Origin: an uncultured Bacteroidales bacterium | GTDB lineage: Bacteria; Bacteroidota; Bacteroidia; Bacteroidales; UBA10428 | Length of the DNA stretch: 64,000 bases | Assembly: GCA_963705125.1 (NCBI GenBank) | Contig: CAVPIY010000008.1 | Span: forward strand, 719,900-783,899 | Direction of reading: 5' to 3' | Part shown: positions 9,984 to 18,892 of the stretch, in pieces | How positions within the stretch are numbered: position 1 is the first letter of the stretch | Layout: every line of letters starts with the position of its first letter | The notes under the pieces: model-generated | What the model was told of the DNA's origin: nothing | The model's input: only the letters and a program-made list of their open reading frames with translations | Database searches by the model: none | Translations under genes and position numbers: made by a program

Positions 9984-10222
9984 CCAGAGCAAACTCTGGA
10001 CACATTGTTCCGGGGCAAGCCCCGGGGAATTAAACCAAAACTTCTCGTCCGCCGAAGCGGAACGCGAAGGCGGATTAAAAAAGTTCACCAGGGCTTATGC
10101 GGAAAAGCCAGAGACCTTTACCATATTTGGCCGGAATAACTTGACCATCCATCGCCGGAGTTAAATTCTTTTTATTTAGCTGTGTATGTTAAATGTAATC
10201 TGACCGGCCAAATGTGGTCAAG
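9984..10222 (-). other. hairpin-rich GC island in a divergent intergenic region; candidate structured RNA or 5' leader
   Basis: On the minus strand there are consecutive stable hairpins with tetraloops: UCCGC-UUCG-GCGGA (10048-10061), CCGGGG-CUUG-CCCCGG (10010-10025) and CCAGAG-UUUG-CUCUGG (9984-9999). A 19-bp inverted repeat (10116-10134 / 10204-10222) matches at 17/19 positions. Confidence 0.3.
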
Positions 10223-10391
10223 CTGTCCGGTTTTTGCACTCACTGCATAATAAGAAATTATGTAGCTTTGATAAATACGATCTCTTTTTTTATTGGAAAA
10301 GGATTACCTATCCTTCTCTTGAAAGGTGTATTGGTAACTATTGCTAAATTTTTTTCTATAAACAATTTGACAGTTAATTAATTATTGAACA

Positions 10392-11459
10392 ATGAATTCC
10401 AGGGAAAGAGTATTGGCAGCATTAAAAAGAACAGGTAAGCCTGATAAAACTCCCTTTGAAATCAGCTGGGGGGCATTTACGCCTTTACTAATGAAGACAT
10501 ATCGGGAAAAAACGGGATCAGATTTACCACCTGAAGAGTATTTTGACTTTGATACAAGGTTTGTGCTCCCTAAACCAACAAGAGAAAATACTGATTTCGG
10601 CCAGTTTTTCAGGTTCGAATCTCTCAATGAGAATGTACATTTTGATGAATGGGGAATAGGTTCAGTTCCGACCATGTATGAAATTCCACATTATAAGTAC
10701 CACCCTTTGGAACATATGTCCACGGTCGAAGAAATCAACAATTACCCCTGGCCTGACCTGGGTGAAGAATACCGGTATATTGAAGTGGCAAAAAAAACCA
10801 GAGAATTTCAAGCCAGGGGTTATGCAGTATGTGGAGAATTGTACCAGACTATTTTTGAAACTGCATGGTTGATGAGGAATATGGAGCCATTCATGATTGA
10901 CTTGCTCCTGAATGAGGCGATTGCTCATGCCATTTGCGAAAATATTACCCAAATCAGGATAAAGCAAGCACGTTTGTTTGCCAGAGCAGGTGTTGATATC
11001 ATTCGGTTAGGCGATGATATTGTGAGCCAGCAGGGTTTGATGATGTCGCGGGAAACCTATAATACTTTTTTCAAACCAAGGATTCAAAGAATCATTGATG
11101 CGGCAAAAGAAGTAAACCCCGAAGTAATCATCTTTATGCACAGCTGCGGAAAGGTCGAAGAGGTTATTGACGACTTTATTGAAGCCGGTGTAGAAGTGTT
11201 AAATCCACTCCAGCCTGAGTGTAATGACCTCAATGAGATTTATAAGAAATATAAGAACAAACTCTCTTTCTGGGGAGGTATAGGCTTGCAGTCAGTGATG
11301 TTTAATGGAACACCGGAAGACGTGACTTTAAAAGTCCGGGAGACAAATAGACTTTTTGGAGAAAATGGCGGTTTCCTGGTGGCACCGGCCCATATTTTGG
11401 ACCCGGCGATACCATGGGATAATGTTGTAGCCTTTATTGATGCTGCCAAAGGCTTATAG
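10392..11459 (+). CDS. uroporphyrinogen decarboxylase (URO-D) family protein, non-HemE paralog
   Basis: 355 aa. It has the URO-D-fold C-terminal pattern RLGDD...HSCG...LNPLQPEC...SFWGGIG...PAH. It is a paralog of 55796..56866. Confidence 0.7.
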   Translation: MNSRERVLAALKRTGKPDKTPFEISWGAFTPLLMKTYREKTGSDLPPEEYFDFDTRFVLPKPTRENTDFGQFFRFESLNENVHFDEWGIGSVPTMYEIPHYKYHPLEHMSTVEEINNYPWPDLGEEYRYIEVAKKTREFQARGYAVCGELYQTIFETAWLMRNMEPFMIDLLLNEAIAHAICENITQIRIKQARLFARAGVDIIRLGDDIVSQQGLMMSRETYNTFFKPRIQRIIDAAKEVNPEVIIFMHSCGKVEEVIDDFIEAGVEVLNPLQPECNDLNEIYKKYKNKLSFWGGIGLQSVMFNGTPEDVTLKVRETNRLFGENGGFLVAPAHILDPAIPWDNVVAFIDAAKGL

Positions 11460-11552
11460 CCCATTAAGGGAAAATATAAAAATTACTTAATTTGTGAAAA
11501 TGCTGACGTATTAATATCACTTGGGAAGGCGCTTGAAATATAAAAACATTGA

Positions 11553-14500
11553 ATGAATAAAATTATTATCGTTATCACAATTGCAGCAACCTTGTTTGCA
11601 GGCAGCTGTTCGCCACATAAGGGCGAACCGGCATTTTCGGAATTGAAGAAAGGGTTTATGAATCCTCCTGATTCTGCTCGTCCAGGTGTTTATTGGTTTA
11701 TTATGGATGGCAATATATCGAAACAGGGAATAACTGCTGATTTGGAGTCGATGAAAGCCGCGGGCATTGGAAGTGTATTGTTTATGGAGGTTAATGTGGG
11801 TGTTCCCCGGGGGAAAGTTGATTTCATGAGTGAAGAATGGATGAATTTGTTTACCCATACTGTGCGCGAGGCCGAGCGCATAGGTATCGCCATAACCCTT
11901 GGGGTTGGTCCAGGGTGGACCGGCAGCGGTGGTCCATGGGTTACAGGTGCCCAGTCAATGAAACATCTTGTTTATAGTTTAACTCAGGTTTCAGAAAATG
12001 AAAAGAAGCCAATCATCCTTCCGAGGCCGGCTCCTATGAATCCCTATTTTGGTGAGGACGTTTTCACTCCGGAACTCAGGCAAAAATGGCTCGAATATTA
12101 TGAAGATGTTTGTGTGCTTGCATTTCCTACTCCGGTTGGCGAATTCCGAATGACTGATATTACCAGAAAAGCCTTGTATTATCGCGATCCATTCACTTCA
12201 ATGCCTGGTGTAAAACCATTTCTTCCATCGTATGCAGTTTATAGTGAACCTGCTAAAGGAGCTGTAATTTCAACGGATAAAATTATTGATGTAACCCGGT
12301 ACCTGAAACCGGATGGCGCCCTGGATTGGAAAGTTCCCAGGGGTAATTGGACCATTATGCGTTTCGGAAGCAGAAATAACGGCGCTGTTACCCGCCCTGC
12401 TCCAATACCGGGTTTGGGTTTTGAAGCCGACAAATTCGATACCACAGCCATTGATGCACATATGGCAAGTTTCACCGGCAAGTTGCTTCAAAAAACAGGT
12501 ACGTCTGACAACAGAATGCAGGGAGGCTTAAAGATGCTCCACATGGATAGCTGGGAGATGGGTGCACAAAACTGGAGTTCCCGGTTCAGGGAGGAGTTTC
12601 AAAAGCGAAGAGGCTATGATCCGCTTCCTTATTATCCTGTTTATTCGGGACTGGTGGTTGAAAGCCTGGAGAAAAGCGAACGTTTTCTGTGGGATTTGCG
12701 GCTGACCGCTCAGGAATTAGTTATTGAAAATCATGCTGTCCATCTCAAAAAATACGCACAAAAATACAACATGGGATTTTCCATCGAGCCTTACGACATG
12801 ACCCCTGTTGCCGATATGGAACTGGGTGCAGTGGCTGATGTTCCAATGTGTGAATTCTGGAGTAAAGATTATGGATTCAATGCGTCTTTCAGTTGTATTG
12901 AGGTGGCATCTATTGCCCATATCGAAGGAAAGAAGGTTGTTGCTGCCGAGGCTTTCACAGCCTATCTCGATGCCTGGACGCAATATCCCGGATCAATGAA
13001 AGATCAGGGCGACTGGGCTTTTGCAACCGGAGTTAATAAATTCGTGTATGTTATTTTTCAGCATCAGCCACTCAATGACAGCCTGAAACCGGGGATGACT
13101 TTTGGGCCCTATGGTGTGCATCATGAACGCAATCAGACCTGGTGGCCAATGGTGGACGGATACCATAAATATGTTTCCCGTTGTCAGTACCTTCTGCAAC
13201 AGGGACAAACGGTAGCTGACATTCTGTATCTAACACCTGAAGGTGCACCCCAGGTATTCCGTGCACCGGTTTCTGCTCTGACAAAAGGAATGGTACCGGA
13301 CAAATCGTTGGTTTTAACAGCCAAAGAGGATATGCTGCCGGGTGAGTCAAAAGATGCGTTTCTTCCTGACCGGAAAGGCTATAACTTTGATGGCTGTGCG
13401 CATTCCCAGTTATTGAAAGCATCAGTCACTAACGGGAAAATCGTATTCCCGTCAGGGGCTTCCTATTCCGTCCTTGTTCTGCCGAATACTGAAACAATGA
13501 CTCCGGTATTACTCAATAAAATTGAATCATTGGTGAACGACGGCGCTGTAATTATAGGAAATCCTCCGCTTAAATCGCCCAGCCTGGTGAACTACCCCGA
13601 ATGTGACAGGCAGGTTGCATCGAAATCCGGATCCATGTGGGGTGCAACAACCGCACCTTCACAAATTTCCGAACGAAGGTTGGGAAAGGGTAAAATTTAT
13701 TGGGGCGGTGCTTTCTCCGGTATTAAATTGCCAGAGCTATACCCGGACTATGATTCCACGGCTTCAATACTCCGCGAAATGGGTATTCCTGAAGATTTTG
13801 AATCAGATGGTTCTGTAAGATATACGCATCAATTGATCCCTTCCGGAGAAATTTATTTTGTTTCAAATAAAACCAATGCTGCCATACATGTCAATTGTTC
13901 ATTCCGGGTTAGCGAAGGAACACCCGAATTGTGGAATCCTATGACCGGAGAAACGCGGGAACTTCCTGACTTTGAAATAAAGAAAGGTCAGATACAAATA
14001 CCACTTCATTTTGAGGCTTACGAAAGCTTATTTTATTGTTTTCAATCGAAATAGTAAAGTAAAACCAGCCAGCTCTTCAGGCATGAAAAATTTTGCCCAA
14101 CCGGAAGTTTTATTTGAAGTGGACAATCAATGGAAGGTATCCTTCGACCCGAAATGGGGTGGACCTGAAAATGTTGTTTTCGATAAACTTGTTGACTGGA
14201 CTTCAAGACCGGAAGAAGGCATTAAATACTATTCAGGAATTGCAAATTATCACAATACAATAAAATTTCCTGAAAATATTATTGCTGATAAAAAGACTGA
14301 TGTATATATTGATCTGGGAGAAGTGAACAACCTGGCCCGTATTCATGTAAATAGCAAAGATATGGGTGTAGTATGGACTGCTCCTTTCCGCATAAAAATT
14401 ACAGATGCAGTTATTCCGGGTGAAAACAAGATTGATATAGAAGTGGCCAACCTCTGGCCCAACCGGCTTGATTGGTGATGAACAAGAAGCCGGACGACGG

Positions 14501-14657
14501 GATTAAAGACAATCAATGGCCTGATTGGCTGCTAAACGGAAAACCAAGGACCTCAGGGAGGTATACATTTACTACCTACAAACACTACAACGCCGATTCT
14601 CCTTTATTGAAATCGGGATTAATGGGTCCGGTTAAAATACTGATTGTCAAAAAATAA
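11553..14657 (+). pseudogene. large glycoside hydrolase (Bacteroidota 'GH2 sugar-binding / GH106-like' family) interrupted by frameshifts
   Basis: Three consecutive ORFs (11553..14054, 14011..14478, 14472..14657) read as one protein. The first junction lies in the T run 14031-14034 (ESLF|IVFNRN). Around 14467-14489, frame A gives NLWPNR, frame B gives LIGDEQ and frame C gives PDDGIKDNQWPDWL...GRYTFTTYKHY. Confidence 0.7.
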
Positions 14658-14668
14658 AGTAGTGAAGA

Positions 14669-14703
14669 GTAAACAGACACCTCCTATGGAGGTGTCTGTT
14701 TAC
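14669..14703. terminator. perfect 16-bp stem / 3-nt loop hairpin downstream of the hydrolase
   Basis: The sequence gtaaacagacacctcc-tat-ggaggtgtctgtttac starts 12 nt after the last stop codon (14657). No clear U tract follows, so function as an intrinsic terminator is inferred from position only. Confidence 0.5.
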
Positions 14704-15288
14704 TAAGCAGGTAAACTTCACAAAGTCCGGTGGAAATATCCAGCCGGTGTCCGATCATTTCAGCATTCCGGCGGGCGAAGTCCAGCAGTACCGGGCTTTT
14801 CCTTGTTATTTTCTGCAATGCGGATGTCCCAGAAATTGTTGTGCCCAAAATAGAGCACAACTGCATCGGGACGGGTAGTGTTTTTTACATTCATAGATTA
14901 ATGGTGTTTTTATTTTTCTAAAATATGTTTTATAAGCATTTTAAAGTCGTGTTTTTAACTCCAACCTAATAAAGGGATTAAGTGGCAGAAGAAAAATTGA
15001 TACAACATTATTGCAGTATCCAGGTTTGATATTTTATGGTGCAAATGAAAAAGCCACTCAGTTGAAAAGCGTTTGAATGGTTTGATTTTTCTAGTGACCC
15101 CGTCGGGACCGTATTCGAACCATTTATGGTTGACTTGCAGAAATTCAATAAATTACGGTCATTTCACTAATGATTTAACCGAATGGAGCTACAAACCCTT
15201 TAGGCACGATGATGATTATTCGTTCCGGGGCAAGTTTCTCACTATGGATCCCTTTCCCAAATTTTCCCGGTAATTGGGAATAAATTGC

Positions 15289-15296
15289 TAATTTTG
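15289..15296 (+). promoter_or_regulatory. Bacteroidota -7 promoter box (TAnnTTTG)
   Basis: TAATTTTG lies 43 nt upstream of the ATG at 15339. This is a motif match only. Confidence 0.35.
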
Positions 15297-15338
15297 TTGT
15301 GAAATTGACAATGAAGGAAAAATTAATTGCTTAAGACT

Positions 15339-15593
15339 ATGCAAACCATACTGGTGGAACTCAGGGATGAAAAGGCTTTTGAGGAACTTCATAACTTAGA
15401 AGAAAAGCAATTAATCCGTATTATTAGTGAAAATGAAGTCACATCCTCGTATAGTCTGCCCGGAGATCCTATGACCGTGGAAGAATTTAGAAAATGGATA
15501 TATCTTTCAGAACATACCCCTACTGTTAGCCTAACGCAAGCAAAACAACAATGGCAAAACCGAAAGAAAAAACTCCAACAACTTATCAAGTAA
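15339..15593 (+). CDS. small protein upstream of ParE; putative antitoxin
   Basis: 84 aa from the ATG at 15339 (the ORF track begins at the TTG at 15327). It overlaps the toxin ORF by 43 nt. Small genes of this kind are a recurrent partner of RelE/ParE genes. No DNA-binding motif was recognised by eye. Confidence 0.5.
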   Translation: MQTILVELRDEKAFEELHNLEEKQLIRIISENEVTSSYSLPGDPMTVEEFRKWIYLSEHTPTVSLTQAKQQWQNRKKKLQQLIK

Positions 15594-15901
15594 GGGTTAC
15601 CGAAAACGCGCAGCAGGACATTGATTACATTACGGGTTACATTGCCTTTATCAATCATCAGCCATTTTATGCCATCCGTGTGGGCGATGCCCTATTTGAA
15701 ACCATCGACCGCATAGGGAAAAACCCTTTAGCTTTTCGTGAGTGTGAAGAGATTCTGACAGCAGGTAAAATATATCGCAAAGCGGTTTGCCAGAGCTGGC
15801 TTATTATCTACAAAATAAAACCCGCAGAAGTGATTATCCTGGGTGTTATTCACAGTGCACGCAAACCCTCACGGATTAATAAGCTGAGAAAAATCAGTTG
15901 A
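15551..15901 (+). CDS. parE: type II toxin, RelE/ParE superfamily
   Basis: 116 aa. The pattern ...A..DIDYI..YI......A.......ETI..I..NP........E......YRK.V..SWLIIYKI....V.ILGVIHSAR fits the ParE/RelE fold. Confidence 0.7.
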   Translation: MAKPKEKTPTTYQVRVTENAQQDIDYITGYIAFINHQPFYAIRVGDALFETIDRIGKNPLAFRECEEILTAGKIYRKAVCQSWLIIYKIKPAEVIILGVIHSARKPSRINKLRKIS

Positions 15902-15991
15902 TCTTGCTGTAAAGTAAAATACGATTTTGAATCACGTTTGGTATCTGGCTGCTGCTTTCAAAGTTTAAGGCATTGTTGTTTCAACGGACAA

Positions 15992-18892
15992 ATGGAGAAT
16001 CTTCAAACAAAAATATCCTTGTTCAGATCCCTTTTCAAAGGGCGCGAAGATGTTTTCGCTATCCGGTGGGAGAAAGACAAAAAGAGCGGCTATATGCCTG
16101 CCTACTTTTTCGATCCTTACCGTTTCCGCGCCCACAAAATGAAAGGAGGTACTTTTCAGAACTATCCTGATAAATCCTATCTCCAACTGACCAATGACCA
16201 AATTGCCAAACATCTGAATGGAGAGCAGGTCGTTGGTTTGTACCCACTTCTTTCGGATAATACCTCATGGTTTATTGCTGCCGATTTTGATGAGGGTGAT
16301 TGGATTGCATCCTGTAAAAAGTTTATTCAGGCTTGCAATGATGTTTCCTTACCTGCTTATTTTGAACGTTCACGTTCCGGAAAGGGTGGGCATATTTGGA
16401 TATTTTTTGACAAGCCATTTTCTGCTTTTAAAAGCAGAAAAGTAATCTTATCATTGTTAACATCATCGGGTATTGTATCAGCATTTGATAAGAATACAAG
16501 CTTTGACAGGTTGTTCCCAAATCAAGACAATCTTTCAGGAAAAGGATTGGGAAACCTCATTGCTCTGCCATTAAATGGTACTTCATTGCAACAATGCAAC
16601 AGTTGCTTTATCAACCCGATAACTTTACATCCTTATTCTGACCAATGGCAGTTTCTTCAGCAGATAGAACGGGTTTCAACGGAGCATTTTGAAGGATTGT
16701 TTTCCAAGCTATCGAATACTCCACATCAGGTAAACAATATAGGCATACTAAACATTACACTGAGGAATAACATTGTACTGAACAGAAATGCCATTGATCC
16801 GACATTATTCCATTTCATTAATGAGGAACTGAATTTTCTGAACACAGAATTTATCATCAAAAAGAATAGCCGCAGGAATACTTTTGGCACTGACCGGTAT
16901 TTCCGGTTCATTGAAGAACTGGGTAATAATATCCTTTTGCCTAAAGGGTTCATTGGAAAGCTAATCCGTTTTTGCCGGGATAATTCGATAGCACATAGTT
17001 TTATAGACCAGCGAAAATTGAATAGCCCGGTTACCTATTCGTTTCAGGCAAATCTGCGTTCTTATCAACAGGAAAGCATGGAAGCCATCAATAAAAAAGA
17101 TATCGGAGTTATAGTGGCGCCACCGGGTTCCGGGAAAACTGTAATGGCATTGAAAATTGTGGCCGAAAAACAGCAGCCAGCATTGATCGTTGTTCACAGG
17201 AAACAACTTGCCATGCAATGGATGGAACGGATTGAAGCTTTTTTAGGTATTGTACAAAAGGATATTGGGCACATCGGACAGGGAAAAACAAAGATCGGAA
17301 AGCAGATCACCGTAGCCACGATACAAAGCCTTGCCAAAGTTGATTTACAAAATCTCACGGATATGTTCGGGCTTATCATTGTTGATGAATGCCATCACAT
17401 TCCTGCTGCAACATTTCGCAATACAATCGGTAAATTCAATTCACGATTTCTTTATGGATTAACAGCAACTCCCTTCAGAAAATACGATGATGGCAGGCTC
17501 ATCTTTATACATCTTGGCGAGATAATTGCAGAAATTCGGACGAATGAGCTCTCCACTTCAAATCACCCAGAAATTATCATCCGGAATACCCAACTGGATG
17601 TTCCCTTTAATGGAAAAACTGACCGGTTTGAAACTTTATCAAAAATACTGGTACATGATTCAGAGAGGAACAAGCTTATATTGCGTGATGTGGTCATTGA
17701 ATTGAATAAAGGAAAGAAGGTTGTTATCTTAACAGAAAGGAAAGAGCATATTGATACTTTACAACAATTCCTCAAACAATCGTTTGAAACAATAACTCTC
17801 AGTGGTGAAGATTCCGAAAGCAATAGGAATATAAAATGGAAGTTATTGAGGGAGGGTATCTACCAAGCATTGATCACTACTGGCCAGTTCTTTGGGGAAG
17901 GGTCCGATCTACAAAACACTCAATGCCTGTTTTTGGTTTATCCTTTTTCTTTTAAGGGCAAGTTGATCCAATATATGGGCAGGGTGCAACGATCGGAAAT
18001 CAGCCCAACTATATATGATTACAGGGATATTAAGATAGATTACCTGAACCGTATGTTTCTTAAAAGGAATGTTTCTTACCGAAAACTGGAAAAGCAAAGA
18101 ACACTTTTTGATCTGCCAGACGAAGAAAACATCGATCAATCAAAGCCCTTAGATGAAGAATTAATCCTGGAAAGAACCATTAAGGTTAAAATAGAAGATT
18201 TGGAATTTCTCTATGGCGGTTTTCAGTTCCGGTATAGTATTCCGGAATATTCAGATGAATTGATCTTCGATATTGAAAACCTGAATATCCGTCCTGAATT
18301 TGAAGTGCTGAAACCTTATTTTGAAAATTTCTTTAAGTCGAAAACAGTAACAGTCTTCATAACTGCCATTATGAATAAACAGAAAGCTGTCACTGCTTTA
18401 TCTGCAAGCTCCTCAGATCTTGAAAAGCTGAACAGGGAAATTGTAGAAGGTGTACGCTTCCGTTTTGTGGAAAGGAACTTTTTTGGCAAGGGTTTTCCAA
18501 TAGAACAAAAAGGTTTAAATAGAGATCTAAGTACCGGAACCGGAAGCAGCATCTATGAATCGGCAGAAGAAATACTCTCAGATGTTTTGAGCAGAGACAA
18601 CTACAAGCACCAAAAGCAATTACATTATTTGTCGGAACGGCATGAAGGCAGTGTATTAAAGATCCGGTTTGTTTTATGCCCTTTTGCCTTCGTTTTCTTA
18701 CTTACAGGTATCGAGCAATATCACATTGTTATGGAAACCTTGGATACCGAGGAAGCCACATACATATGGCACTTGTCCAAAAATATTAATTCACTAAAAC
18801 AAGGCATTCTGGAAATAGACAAACAGCTAAATAAAATCGCAATGAAGGCAGGAATGTTTCTGGAAACAAATCAGTCAATTTTAGCAGAATAA
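15992..18892 (+). CDS. archaeo-eukaryotic primase (PrimPol-like) domain fused to an SF2 DEAD/DEAH-type helicase and an uncharacterised C-terminal domain
   Basis: 966 aa from ATG 15992. AEP motifs are IAADFDEG (DxD), SRSGKGGHIWIFF (sGxGxH) and FDRLFPNQD. Helicase motifs are APPGSGKT (I), IIVDECHH (II), GLTATP (III) and QYMGRVQR (VI). The last ~250 aa have no motif I recognise. Confidence 0.8.
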   Translation: MENLQTKISLFRSLFKGREDVFAIRWEKDKKSGYMPAYFFDPYRFRAHKMKGGTFQNYPDKSYLQLTNDQIAKHLNGEQVVGLYPLLSDNTSWFIAADFDEGDWIASCKKFIQACNDVSLPAYFERSRSGKGGHIWIFFDKPFSAFKSRKVILSLLTSSGIVSAFDKNTSFDRLFPNQDNLSGKGLGNLIALPLNGTSLQQCNSCFINPITLHPYSDQWQFLQQIERVSTEHFEGLFSKLSNTPHQVNNIGILNITLRNNIVLNRNAIDPTLFHFINEELNFLNTEFIIKKNSRRNTFGTDRYFRFIEELGNNILLPKGFIGKLIRFCRDNSIAHSFIDQRKLNSPVTYSFQANLRSYQQESMEAINKKDIGVIVAPPGSGKTVMALKIVAEKQQPALIVVHRKQLAMQWMERIEAFLGIVQKDIGHIGQGKTKIGKQITVATIQSLAKVDLQNLTDMFGLIIVDECHHIPAATFRNTIGKFNSRFLYGLTATPFRKYDDGRLIFIHLGEIIAEIRTNELSTSNHPEIIIRNTQLDVPFNGKTDRFETLSKILVHDSERNKLILRDVVIELNKGKKVVILTERKEHIDTLQQFLKQSFETITLSGEDSESNRNIKWKLLREGIYQALITTGQFFGEGSDLQNTQCLFLVYPFSFKGKLIQYMGRVQRSEISPTIYDYRDIKIDYLNRMFLKRNVSYRKLEKQRTLFDLPDEENIDQSKPLDEELILERTIKVKIEDLEFLYGGFQFRYSIPEYSDELIFDIENLNIRPEFEVLKPYFENFFKSKTVTVFITAIMNKQKAVTALSASSSDLEKLNREIVEGVRFRFVERNFFGKGFPIEQKGLNRDLSTGTGSSIYESAEEILSDVLSRDNYKHQKQLHYLSERHEGSVLKIRFVLCPFAFVFLLTGIEQYHIVMETLDTEEATYIWHLSKNINSLKQGILEIDKQLNKIAMKAGMFLETNQSILAE

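Noticed and set aside
9940-10164. 74-aa plus-strand ORF in the 9860-10391 intergenic region
   Set aside because: It coincides with the GC-rich hairpin cluster, and its codons simply spell the stems. It has a non-ATG start and no motif. The region is better explained as structured RNA or DNA.
14684-14895. Possible small minus-strand gene or remnant (MNVKNTTRPDAVVLYFGHNNFWDIRIAENNKEK... then ...SPVLLDFARRNAEMIGHRLDIS in another frame)
   Set aside because: It reads through only if a frameshift is assumed. It runs into the 16-bp hairpin. I could not tie the peptide to any family. It may be a gene scar, but that is not supportable as a feature.
15094-15197. Full-length tRNA or tmRNA on the minus strand (GGGTTTGTAGCTCC... 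to ...CGGGGTCAC)
   Set aside because: The acceptor arms are not complementary, no D stem forms and the T arm is interrupted. Only the 3' ~30 nt look tRNA-derived.
15073-15273. 66-aa plus-strand ORF at the left edge of the islet
   Set aside because: It overlaps the tRNA-like fragment, has no recognisable family features, and has no promoter box upstream.
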